Of a stretch of DNA of 64,000 bases, positions 37,493 to 49,419 are shown one piece after another. The stretch is taken from positions 682,001 to 746,000 of the forward strand of contig CATNEN010000034.1 in the NCBI GenBank assembly GCA_950097015.1, in the 5' to 3' direction. The stretch's first letter is position 1. Each line of letters begins with the position of its first letter. Made by a program: the position numbers and the translations under genes. This DNA comes from Macrostomum hystrix. Lineage: Eukaryota; Animalia; Platyhelminthes. The notes beneath the pieces are model-generated. The model saw only the letters and a list, made by a program, of their open reading frames with translations, searched no databases and was not told the DNA's origin.

Positions 37493-38107
37493 CTGTACAG
37501 CAAGGACCAAATGGCCGCCACAGTTCCCCAGCAACTGTTGCCGGGCTCTCCGGCGCCTAACTTCACTGGCAAAGCTGTGATGCCGGACCAGTCATTCGCT
37601 GACATCAGCCTCGCCGACTACCGCGGCAAATACGTGGTCCTGTTCTTCTATCCGGCCGACTTCACCTTCGTGTGCCCCACCGAGATCATCGCCTTCTCCG
37701 ACCGGGCCGAGGAGTTCCGCAAGGCCAACTGCGAGCTGGTCGCCTGCAGCACCGACACGCACTTTGTCCACCTGGCCTGGACCAACACGGCTCGCAAGGA
37801 CGGAGGACTCGGCCGCCTCAACATGCCCCTGCTGGCCGATCCGTCCCACGCCATCAGCCGCGCCTACGGTGTGCTGAAGGGCGACGAAGGCATCGCCTTC
37901 CGCGGCCTCTTCGTCATCAACGAGAAAGGCCAGCTGCGCCAGATCACCATCAACGACCTACCAGTTGGCCGCTCAGTTGACGAGACCCTGCGCCTGGTGC
38001 AGGCATTCCAGTTCACTGACAAGCACGGCGAGGTCTGCCCGGCCAACTGGAAGCCGGGCGGCAAGACCATGAAGCCCGACCCCGTCAATAGCAAGGACTA
38101 CTTCAAG
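37493..38107 (+). CDS. PRDX: Typical 2-Cys peroxiredoxin (Prx1/AhpC subfamily), main exon; internal Met at 37511
   Basis: [15 protein letters not shown] (peroxidatic Cys), GGLG, RGLFVIN, and [11 protein letters not shown] (resolving Cys). Acceptor ATCCCGCAG at 37492 and donor AAG|GTGGGC at 38108. Confidence 0.95.
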
Positions 38108-38267
38108 GTGGGCTGTTTCTCAGATCTTTGCATCCCAAAATTATCCCACCTTAGGATCCGCCTCCAAAATCCCAAATTATCTTCCCGAAAACCCACCTTT
38201 ATCCATTTGGAAATCTATATTGATCATCTAATAACATATTTAATAAGAAAAGCGATCGCCCTACCAG

Positions 38268-39094
38268 ATCCCCAGATTATCCCATCGCCCTACCAGATCC
38301 ACATATTATCTCATCACCCTACCAGATCCCCATATTATCTCATTACCCTACCAGATCCCCATATTATCTCATCACCCTACCAGATCCCCATATTATCCCA
38401 TCACACTATCAGATCCACAGATTATCCCATCTCCCTACCCTACCAGATCCCCAGTTGATCTCATCACCCTACCAGATCCCCAGTTGATCCCATCACCCTA
38501 CCAGATCCCCAGTTGATCCCATCACCCTACCAGATCCCCATATTATCCCATCACCCTACCAGATCCCCAGTTGATCTCATCACCCTACCAGATCCCCAGT
38601 TGATCCCATCACCCTACCAGATCCCCAGTTGATCCCATCACCCTACCAGATCCCCATATTATCCCATCACCCTACCAGATCCCCAGTTGATCTCATCACC
38701 CTACCAGATCCCCAGTTGATCTCATCACCCTACCAGATCCACAGATTATCCCATCACCCTACCAGATCCCCAGTTGATCTCATCACCCTACCAGATCCAC
38801 AGATTATCCCATCACCCTACCAGATCCCCAGTTGATCTCATCACCCTACCAGATCCACAGATTATCCCATCACCCTACCAGATCCCCAGTTGATCTCATC
38901 ACCCTACCAGATCCACAGATTATCCCATCACCCTACCAGATCCCCAGTTGATCTCATCACCCTACCAGATCCACAGATTATCCCATCACCCTACCAGATC
39001 CCCAGTTGATCTCATCACCCTACCAGATCCACAGATTATCCCATCACCCTACCAGATCCCCAGTTGATCTCATCACCCTACCAGATCCACAGAT
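38268..39094. repeat. 29-bp minisatellite (CATCACCCTACCAGATCCCCAGTTGATCC) filling the last Prx intron
   Basis: About 28 units with alternating variants, ending about 60 nt before the acceptor at 39154. Confidence 0.95.
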
Positions 39095-39154
39095 GATCTC
39101 AGCTATCAAATTTGCACAATTTAACTCCGCGATCCTGACCGCTTGTTATTTCAG

Positions 39155-39163
39155 TCTGTCTGA
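39155..39163 (+). CDS. PRDX: Peroxiredoxin terminal coding micro-segment (SV-stop)
   Basis: Acceptor TTATTTCAG followed by TCT GTC TGA gives the C-terminus SKDYFKSV*, normal for Prx length. AATAAA at 39321-39326. Confidence 0.7.
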   Translation, partial: SV

Positions 39164-39576
39164 ACGCCAGACCGCAAGGCATCTCAGCAGAGGCACATTT
39201 AGTTTTCGGTGCCCGTCTGATGCAACTGGCCTATCTGCCATAGACGGCTCATATTTTCTTTTCAACAATTTAACTTTTATCATTTTTAGGCGATTTTGTT
39301 TAAGAAAGTCATAATCCAACAATAAACTAATTTCCCTATGCTGGAGCTATAAATCATGGTCTGACGTATCGCTTATCGCTATTTTTCGCACGAATAATCT
39401 TTCCAGCTGTCCGTTTTTCTGGTTTCGAAGCTAAATAAACGAACATAAATTGTTACTAACCGCAGTTTAGTTCATAAATTTCATCGATGACTTAGTTATC
39501 ATAGCCAAATACATTTTTGTTTTTAATTGGATTGTTTTTTCTTTTACCATGGAATAATAAATATCTTCGATTTTGT

Positions 39577-40132
39577 GAGCAGAGCCTGTGAAAGTGAGGA
39601 ATGGAGGGCTGAGCAGAGCCTGTGACAGTGAGGAATGGAGGGCTGAGCAGAGCCTGTGACAGTGAGGAATGGAGGGCTGAGCAGAGCCTGTGACAGTGAG
39701 GAATGGAGGGCTGAGCAGAGCCTGTGACAGTGAGGAATGGAGGGCTGAGCAGAGCCTGTGTCAGTGAGGAATGGAGGGCTGAGCAGAGCCTGTGACAGTG
39801 AGGAATGGAGGGCTGAGCAGAGCCTGTGAAAGTGAGGAATGGAGGGCTGAGCAGAGCCTGTGAAAGTGAGGAATGGAGGGCTGAGCAGAGCCTGTGACAG
39901 TGAGGAATGGAGGGCTGAGCAGAGCCTGTGACAGTGAGGAATGGAGGGCTGAGCAGAGCCTGTGACAGTGAGGAATGGGGGGGCTGAGGAGAGCCTGTGA
40001 AAGTGAGGAATGGAGGGCTGAGCGGAGACTGACAGTGAGGAATGGGGGGCTGAGCAGAGCCTGTGACAGTGAGGAATGGAGGGCTGAGCAGAGCCTGTGA
40101 CAGTGAGATATGGAGGGCCGAGCAGAGCCTGT
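39577..40132. repeat. 34-bp minisatellite, array 2 (same family as 33863-35354)
   Basis: About 16 units, with the same variant pair at about 39987. Confidence 0.97.
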
Positions 40133-40850
40133 TGACTACTTGACTACAGAGTGCATCGGCCCGAGCGGGGAGGCGTAAAGGACCGCCCTTTTCACTGGCC
40201 CCTGGCAACCAGACGATCTCTGATGAGGTGGTGTTGCTCAGGGGACCCACCGTCTCCTGCAGCACGCTCCTCCTCACCAGCATGAGTGGGGAAGGAGTCA
40301 GTTTGTCTGCGGCGTCCCTCAGGACGCTTATAACCGGGCAAGCAGCGGGGCAGACGTCAGAGAGGTTTAGTCCAAGACGTTCTAACCTTGCCTTCGTGGA
40401 GACTGGGCAGGGGCAGAAATATTGTTCCGCATTTCCCCTGGCCACTTGCAGAAAGGGTCACCGCTCCGCTCCTGGCTGGAGGAAAAGGTGTGACGGGACT
40501 AGCAGTCTATAAGGGCCCTGCTGATCGTCGCTCGGAGGTATCGGCCATTGAGCTTCAGGAGGCTATGGGTGTTGGTCCGACTTTCCTGGTGTTTTTATTC
40601 CATCCCAGGGTCTTCACTCTAACGCAGATGACGGAGGGTGGGATGGGAGCCCATAATTCCGGGCCTCTTGCGAGCTGGTTCACCTGGTTTCCAGGAAAGC
40701 CCGCGTGGCCAGGTATACCTAAGCAGAGCCCGTGAAAGTGAGTTATGATGGGATAAACGCAAAGCCTACTACTCATCGCCAGAAACTTTTTTAAGTACTT
40801 TAACTGTGGTTCAGCTCTTGTCGTGCAATTAGCGATGTTCGGCACCAATT
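40133..40850 (-). mobile_element. Degraded 3' portion of an RNase H-containing LINE (I/R1/LOA-type group)
   Basis: Minus frame LGIPGHAGFPGNQVNQLARG (40661-40740) resembles the RNase H motif WxPGHxGxxGNExAD. Downstream DPFCKW / GNAEQYFCPCPVSTKARLERLG resembles the terminal CxxC...ETxxHxxCxCP...RxxxLG motif. Broken by frameshifts and stops. Confidence 0.6.
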
Positions 40851-41518
40851 AGTGCCATAGACAAGCAATTAAAGGATTCTAGATAGGCACTTAAAAAAGT
40901 TAGGCTGTTTTGAGGGTGAAAAATTATGGCATTTTTTACATAGACAATGGATTATCACTGGATTATATAAGCAGGAGACTGATCATGAGCTACTGAGGAA
41001 GACTTGCATTTTTGTATAAAAGTTCTCGATTGTAACCAAAGGCAACTCTAAAGCTTTTGAATTGGATGGTAATGATGTATCAAATAATCAGTGCTGGATA
41101 AGTTGAATTTTGTAAAACATGTATCTAGCGCCAAGTAAATATGGTTCACATCCTTTGTTTCTTTCAATAGAAGTTTTTTTCATCGCAGATGAATCAATTG
41201 TCACTTAAGTTGTCTATAGCGCTGGGCCCTGTAGCAGTTGACCTTACATTTTGATCTTGTAAATTCATGTAAATGTACTTTTCTATTCTTTTCTTACTTG
41301 TTCAATAAAGTTTTTCGGTATTTTTAGAAGCTACTATATAACCCTACGCTTAAGCGAAATCAGCCGTGTAAGCTTCTGGACCACAGACTAACTCGAATAT
41401 TAGTCTATGGTCAAGCATCCGGTGAGCGGGGGAACAGGCCTCACTGCCGATTCAGCGATTCTCCAAACGAAAGCCTATCGTTTATGCTAATTCTCATTCG
41501 CTATTCTCACTGCCAGTC

Positions 41519-41952
41519 ATGAATCTTCTGGATGAGGAGTGCAAGGAGCGCTTGTTCGTGTGCGGCTGCTGCAGCCATCCATTCACGAATGCCTCCCGAC
41601 TGTCGGAGCACCTCAAGAACCACCTTGGCGCAGAGCTGGCGGCTGCCATCTCCGCCAGCAGTGCCGCATCGTCGACTTCTTCAACAGCGATGAGCGACTC
41701 CACGTCCGCAGGCAATTTACAGTCGTTTGATGCCATCGTCTGCAACTTGAAGGTCGACCTGCGCTCCGAGACTTTCAGCAGTGTTGCCGCCACCGCCGTC
41801 AGCACCACTGCGGCTGCTACAGTCGCCTCCGACGCCATTACTGCCGAAGAATCTCAGCGGCCTTCGCCGGGAAAGTGGCCAAAGCGGGTTCGAATGACGC
41901 AGCCGAAGCAGCATCAGCAGCAGCTGCTGCAGTTAAAAGCGCATGGTGACAG
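41519..41952 (+). CDS. C2H2 zinc-finger protein, first coding exon
   Basis: Acceptor CTGCCAG 2 nt before the ATG. One finger FVCGCCSHPFTNASRLSEHLKNH followed by Ala/Ser/Thr-rich sequence. Exon end uncertain; proposed GC donor at 41953. Confidence 0.7.
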
Positions 41953-42289
41953 GCAAGAAGTGAAAGCTGTGTTTTTTTTTGAATGATCAATTATGCTTGT
42001 TAGAATTATGCATTTAATACATGAACAGAAAAGTAAGGAAACAAATGTAATTTAGACAAGACACAAGGTGTGAACATTGGGTGCTGGGATTGGCTAGCTT
42101 ACAGAGTGTGTAGCCGGCAGTTTAAGCTCAAAATTCAGACCTCATTACGTGTATTTCAGCAGGCTGGTTCTGTCTGTGGCAAAAATTTGAAATATGAAAC
42201 TCATTCTTCTGGGGTCATTTGCATAAAAATTACCGATAAAGCTTTCGTCTTTGGCAGGGACTCCAGCTTTTTTCTTAGGGCTTAATTTC

Positions 42290-42423
42290 ACCCACCCTTA
42301 ATTACCCATTTAACAGCTGGGTGAACTGAAGCAATGCAGAGTTAAGAGACTTGCTAAAGGGCACAAATAGTTATCGGATTGAGTCGGGAATCGAACCCCC
42401 GACCTTTAAGAGACTACAACCCC
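42290..42423 (-). mobile_element. tRNA-derived CORE-like SINE, partial copy
   Basis: Minus strand has B box GGTTCGATTCCC followed by TTTGTGCCCTTTAGCAAGTCTCTTAACTCTGCATTGCTTCAGTTCACCCAGCTGTTAAATGGG, resembling the MIR CORE domain. Confidence 0.75.
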
Positions 42424-42684
42424 TTCTCAATCTCAAAATTAAGATAGAAAGACAAAATAGAGAATAGATTAGAAATTGCACCTACGTAGTATTGAATCCT
42501 TGATCTGGGAAGCCTGCACACCGACTTAGATTTCTACCGGAGCTGTTGCTAAGTGAATTTTCTTTGCTCAAGTGCACAACTTGCATCTTTTAAGTTGAGA
42601 TTCGGGCTACAAGCTACCCTTTTGTGTCATTTCTGTCACACTCAGACTCAAATTCAAACGCTCAATCTCAACTCATTGCTCTAG

Positions 42685-43210
42685 CAGCGGTCCCGGCATT
42701 CACCGCAGCCCCGTCGTGCCGGTGACAACATCCGCAACTGTTGCCGCCTCCACCGTCGCAACGCTGGCTCACCTGCCACCGTCTGCCGGGCATCACCAAC
42801 TGACTGCCGGTCTGGCCAGCCCGTCGACTCTGGCGGCAACGGCGCCAGGCGGTGTCCTGAGATTCGCCAGCCTCGCCAGACTGTTGCCGATGCCGCAGCA
42901 CCAGCTGGCAGCTCTGGCGGCTCAGCAGTCGCTGTCGGCGGTTCCTCCGCCTAGATTTTTTCGGCTTCCACTGCCGACGCCGAAGCACTCGATGCCCAGC
43001 GAAGTAGCGAACCAGAGCAGCTGGCAGCGGCCCATCCAGCTCAGACCAACTGAGATCCAGCTGCCTCCTTTGGCTACGACGTCGTCTGCATCGCGTCGGA
43101 GTGCAATTGAGATGCATCAGCAGCAGCAGCAGCAGCAGCATCAGCAGCAGCAGCAGCAGCAGCAGAGGCCTGTGAAGCTTGCAACAGCCCCAGCGGATTT
43201 GGACTGCTGA
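42685..43210 (+). CDS. Probable last exon of the zinc-finger gene (Pro/Ala/Gln-rich)
   Basis: Acceptor TTGCTCTAG (or CAG 3 nt later). Open frame to TGA at 43208-43210, with poly-Gln. AATAAA at 43337-43342. Confidence 0.6.
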
Positions 43211-44106
43211 AAACTGCATCGTTTTTTAACAAAAAATACTAGCCATGTTGCCGGATGCAAAAAGTGGCAAGAAGTTGTTCTGTAACTGTTTGTGAGCAGC
43301 TTGTTAGTCTATTTGTTAGACAAAAGTTTCATAGTTAATAAAATAATAACTGTTACCCATCTTCAGAAAATGAAGGAGTTTCACTATTACACTACTGTCA
43401 GTAGAGATGTCAGCAGTAGTGACGCCGCTTGCTACAAAGCAGAATACGCTCGTAATAATAAAGATTGAAACATCACCGACTGTCAAGTTGGTGAATGATT
43501 GACGCATTGTTGGCGGAAGGCTGGTGCATTATTGTGTTTGTTTTCAGTTTTGATTAAGATTGCAATCTTCATTGTTCCGTGTGAAATTTTCTTTGCTGCT
43601 TTTCAAAAAGTTTTTCGTCACATCCGACTAAATGTGGACAGATCGGCGTTTCTTGATGTCCGATTCTGATTGCAGGCCAAACACGAACTAGCAGCGGAAT
43701 ACCCTGTTGTTCATGAAACCGATTTAACAATTTGTTTATAGTGGAACAGCACTGATTGTTTGCTAGATCTACCTCACCACCAAGATGAAAGTTAGAAGGT
43801 ATAGAGCATTTGCGGAGGTCACGGACCAGGCAAGCCTAACCTCAAAATCGGGATTTTCTATAGAATTATTTGCACCACCATCTTTTCTTGTCAGTCATGA
43901 TAATCCGTTCACACCCAAACGACTTGCGCGCGCAAATACCATAAAAAAGAGGCCTTGGGGGCAAGTGTGTGACACACCAGGCATAATCGCTGTTGTAGAA
44001 ATAAATGAACAACCACACATGCAGCTAAACCTGCTGCTGCATGGGGGCATTGCAGTTCAACATGCATTCCTTCGGTATGCTATCTGGGCAATGCGCGAGA
44101 TTGTAC

Positions 44107-45996
44107 AATGGATTGCTAGACTATTCAGGTAATAACTGTAGAATGGATTGCTAGACTGTTCAATGAATAACGGTAGAATGGATTGCTAGACTATTCAATG
44201 AATAGCGGTAGAATGGATTGCTAGACTATTCAATGAATAACGGTAGAATGGATTGCTAGACTATTCAATGAATAACGGTAGAATGGATTGCTAGACTATT
44301 CAATGAATAACGGTAGAATGGATTTCTAGACTATTCAATGAATAACAGTAGAATGGATTGCTAGACTATTCAATGAATAACGGTAGAATGGATTGCTAGA
44401 CTATTCAATGAATAACGGTAGAATGGATTGCTAGACTATTCAATGAATAGCGGTAGAATGGATTGCTAGACTATTCAATGAATAACAGTAGAATGGATTG
44501 CTAGACTATTCAATGAATAACGGTAGAATGGATTGCTAGACTATTCAATGAATAAAGGTAGAATGGATTGCTAGACTATTCAATGAATAACGGTAGAATG
44601 GATTGCTAGACTATTCAATGAATAACGGTAGAATGGATTGCTAGACTATTCAATGAATAACGGTAGAATGGATTTCTAGACTATTCAATGAATAACGGTA
44701 GAATGGATTGCTAGACTAGTCAATTAATAACGGTAGAATGGATTGCTAGACTATTCAATGAATTACGGTAGAATGGATTGCTAGACTATTCAATGAATAA
44801 CGGTAGAATGGATTGCTAGACTATTCAATGAATAACGGTAGAATGGATTTCTAGACTATTCAATGAATAACGGTAGAATGGATTGCTAGACTATTCAATG
44901 AATAACGGTAGAATGGATTGCTAGACTATTCAATGAATAGCGGTAGAATGGATTGCTAGACTATTCAATGAATAGCGGTAGAATGGATTGCTAGACTGTT
45001 CAATGAATAGCGGTAGAATGGATTGCTAGACTGTTCAATGAATAACGGTAGAATGGATTGCTAGACTATTCAATGAATAAAGGTAGAATGGATTGCTAGA
45101 CTATTCAATGAATAACGGTAGAATGGATTGCTAGACTATTCAATGAATAACGGTAGAATGGATTGCTAGACTATTCAATGAATAACGGTAGAATGGATTT
45201 CTAGACTATTCAATGAATAACGGTAGAATGGATTGCTAGACTAGTCAATTAATAACGGTAGAATGGATTGCTAGACTATTCAATGAATTACGGTAGAATG
45301 GATTGCTAGACTATTCAATGAATAACGGTAGAATGGATTGCTAGACTATTCAATGAATAACGGTAGAATGGATTTCTAGACTATTCAATGAATAACGGTA
45401 GAATGGATTGCTAGACTATTCAATGAATAACGGTAGAATGGATTGCTAGACTATTCAATGAATAGCGGTAGAATGGATTGCTAGACTATTCAATGAATAG
45501 CGGTAGAATGGATTGCTAGACTGTTCAATGAATAACGGTAGAATGGATTGCTAGACTATTCAATGAATAGCGGAAGAATGGATTGCTAGACTATTCAATG
45601 AATAGCGGAAGAATGGATTTCTAGACTGTTCAATGAATAGCGGTAGAATGGATTGCTAGACTGTTCAATGAATAACGGTAGAATGGATTGCTAGACTATT
45701 CAATGAATAACGGTAGAATGGATTGCTAGACTGTTCAATGAATAACGGTAGAATGGATTGCTAGACTATTCAGGTAACAACAGTAAAATGGATTGCTAGA
45801 CTATTCAAGAAATAACGGTAGAATGGATTGCTAGACTATTCAATGAATAGCGGTAGAATGGATTGCTAGACTGTTCAATGAATAACGGTAGAATGGATTG
45901 CTAGACTATTCAGGTAACAACAGTAAAATGGATTGCTAGACTATTCAAGAAATAACGGTAGAATGGATTGCTAGACTATTGCTAGACTTGCTAGAC
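44107..45996. repeat. 35-bp minisatellite (GTAGAATGGATTGCTAGACTATTCAATGAATAACG)
   Basis: About 53 units, including an internal 525-bp (15-unit) block duplication. Confidence 0.97.
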
Positions 45997-46655
45997 ATCA
46001 GGTAGGGGGGGAGCTCCCATCTGGTGTTGAGTAATAGTTTGAGTTCCCATTCGTTTAGAATCCACTTCTATTCCCCCCTTAACCGCTCGGTTCCGAATCC
46101 CAGGTGATTTGCCATCAGTGTTCCGCGCATTATTCCCATGCTTAGTCGCTCTTTAGTCTTTAGTTTTGGCTTCTTCAGTTCCTATTTTTTTTCTCTTTCT
46201 CTCAGCGTCCCCCGGCTGCCGTCTCCTCTTCTGCCCCATCTCTCCCCCCCCACGGCCCTTGTATTGCCAAATTCCCACAAAAATTCCAATCTGATTTTCC
46301 CCACTTTCCCGGGCCGCGACCCGCTGCTCCGCAGTCGTCGCCACTTCTGGGACTCGGCCGGCCGACTCCCCAGCCAGCCCCCTTATTTTCTGCTTCCAAT
46401 GAGGAAGCCGCGCCGCCGTCTCATTGTGCGCGAAGTGAACGAAAAATCAATTCCCAATTTAATTTCTGCCTTCTTCCCCATTTCACCCTGCAGCCTCACC
46501 TCCTTCTTTCTCTGGCCATATTCTTCATGGGGGGAGTGAGTCTTGATTGAAACTCTGGGGTGGCAGCAGCAGCTTTTTACACTTCTATATACTGCACACT
46601 GCTTGGGTCCAGCAGTGCTACGGATAAATATATTGATGCATTCTTCGCGTGGGAT

Positions 46656-47324
<669 letters not shown>

Positions 47325-48003
47325 GCAGGCATCCAGTGCCGTCAGCAACAAGACATAAAATGAAGAATGAAGGCTTTGAACTCGAATTCTAGCCCTAGCA
47401 TTAAGCCTAGGCAGGGCTGACTGCCATCTAAATTATTGGTGTTAATTTCTTGGCGGTCGGACCTCTTTTCCTAGTTGTTAGTGAAGACGCTTTCCGCGCC
47501 CCTGACCCCACCCCACTCCCCCCAGTCACCTGTCGTGTTTACGATGCCCTGCGCTTCGACTTCTGGCCATGGAAACATGGCGTCAGCGGTCCTGCAAAAA
47601 GAGGGCCCAGATACGCGGGCCCTCATCTTTCATCCCGCGGAGGCGCAGTTGACAGGTGAAGTTGGGCTGGCAGGCCCTGGTGGTGTTGCCTCACGGCAGG
47701 CTATAGTAGGCGGATACAAAGGCCCAGTATTTATTAGCAGGAATGGCAACATGGTTTTAACACAGAAAACCCTGCGGCCAATTTCAGTTCTGTTGGACCA
47801 ATTAGCCGGTTGCCAGGTGCATCAGGTAGACAGCATGGCTGCAGCAACTCTCTTGCCTTGTCTCTGGGCGGCGGACACTCGTGTAAGCCGTTGGCTAGTT
47901 GCAAGAGAATCAAGCAAAAGGTCTGGGCAGTGATAATGATGCTTGATAATATTCTCCTCAAATCCTTTCGCGGTCTTGCCAGTGGAGAATCCGAAGTGCT
48001 AAT

Positions 48004-48563
48004 GGTAACTCTGTAGATACCCATCCAGGCAAATCTGCAGATACCCTTCCAGGTAACTCTGCAGATACCCTTCCAGGTAACTCTGTAGATACCCATCCAG
48101 GCAAATCTGCAGATACCCTTCCAGGTAACTCTGTAGATACCCATCCAGGTAACTCTGTAGATACCCATCCAGGTAACTCTGTAGATACCCATCCAGGTAA
48201 CTCTGTAGATACCCATCCAGGTAACTCTGTAGATAACCATCCAGGTAACTCTGTAGATACCCATCCATCCAGGTAACTCTGTAGATACCCATCCAGGTAA
48301 CTCTGTAGATACCCATCCAGGTAACTCTGTAGATACCCATCCAGGTAACTCTGTAGATACCCATCCAGGCAACTCTGTAGATACCCATCCAGGTAACTCT
48401 GTAGATACCCATCCAGGCAACTCTGTAGATACCCATCCAGGTAACTCTGTAGATACCCATCCAGGTAACTCTGTAGATACCCATCCAGGCAACTCTGTAG
48501 ATACCCATCCAGGTAACTCTGTAGATACCCATCCAGGCAACTCTGTAGATACCCATCCATCCA
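48004..48563. repeat. 24-bp minisatellite (GTAACTCTGTAGATACCCATCCAG)
   Basis: About 23 units. Confidence 0.96.
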
Positions 48564-48609
48564 TGTAGCGTTGTAGAAGGTAGCACTGTAGAATCCCTAT
48601 AAGTTAATA

Positions 48610-48915
48610 TTATTTAATAACGATTTATAAGAACTGCATCGAATTGACCAGATGTGCAGCCGACAGCACAGCTGCAGCTATTGTGCGGCGCATCTGAAGG
48701 CTGCGTTCCACTGTTCAGTCCATGGACTGGGGACACCACACCCGAACTCTATTACCCCAGCTAAGGCTTGTACCAATATAAGATCTGGGTAAAATGAAGT
48801 AGGGCAGAGTTAATTGTCACTCTAAAGGACACAAATTGTACCAGTGGAATCGGGAATCGAACCCCCGACCTTTAAGTAGTGAGTCCGACGCTCAAGCCAC
48901 TAGGCTACAATCCCT
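48610..48915 (-). mobile_element. tRNA-derived CORE-like SINE, most complete copy
   Basis: tRNA-like head GGGATTGTAGCCTAGTGG...GGGGTTCGATTCCCGATTCC, core-like TGTGTCCTTTAGAGTGACAATTAAC...TTCATTTTACCCAGAT, and a 3' body shared with the 1938 and 27823 copies. Confidence 0.8.
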
Positions 48916-49419
48916 CCCAGGTAACACTGCTGAATACCTGTAGATTCTTGAAACGTTGAATTATGAATTTATCCCTGGTACTCTGCATGCAGTCACATCC
49001 GTGATCCCATTGGTTGGGGATTCTCTCCCGAATCCCTCCCCCCCAGGCCAACCAGTTGTAGGAGTCATCGGGGTTGTTATTTGACTTGCAGACTAGCTAC
49101 AATGCATAAACTGGCTCCGATTTTAGTCAGCGAGGGCCTTTATTTCTGGCAAATAAAATTGCTGATCGACAAGAAGAACGAAAGAAAAGTTAAGGCAGCA
49201 CTTGTTAAAAGGGCCGGCACTACAGTTCCATTATAAACGATCTGCAGACGACCTGATTACACATCTGGGTGAGTACCAACTCTGTACTGCGTCAAATCGA
49301 TGCCAATTGAGGCGTGATTGATTGATTCTCTCATTTTCTCATCTCCTGCAGTGAAGTCGTCAGAACATTTTTTAGATCGGAACTGTAAAAATCGTGCTAG
49401 AAATTGACCGAAAGAAAGA

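Noticed and set aside
38108-38458. Extended Prx C-terminus ([11 protein letters not shown]...) and N-terminal MFPVIL in the 333-aa ORF
   Set aside because: Read-through into introns. A donor at 38108 and an SV-stop exon at 39155 give a normal-length Prx, and the N-terminal residues lie in the acceptor's pyrimidine tract.
48845-48915. tRNA gene
   Set aside because: The anticodon stem does not pair, there is no poly-T terminator, and it continues into a body shared with other copies. It is a SINE head.
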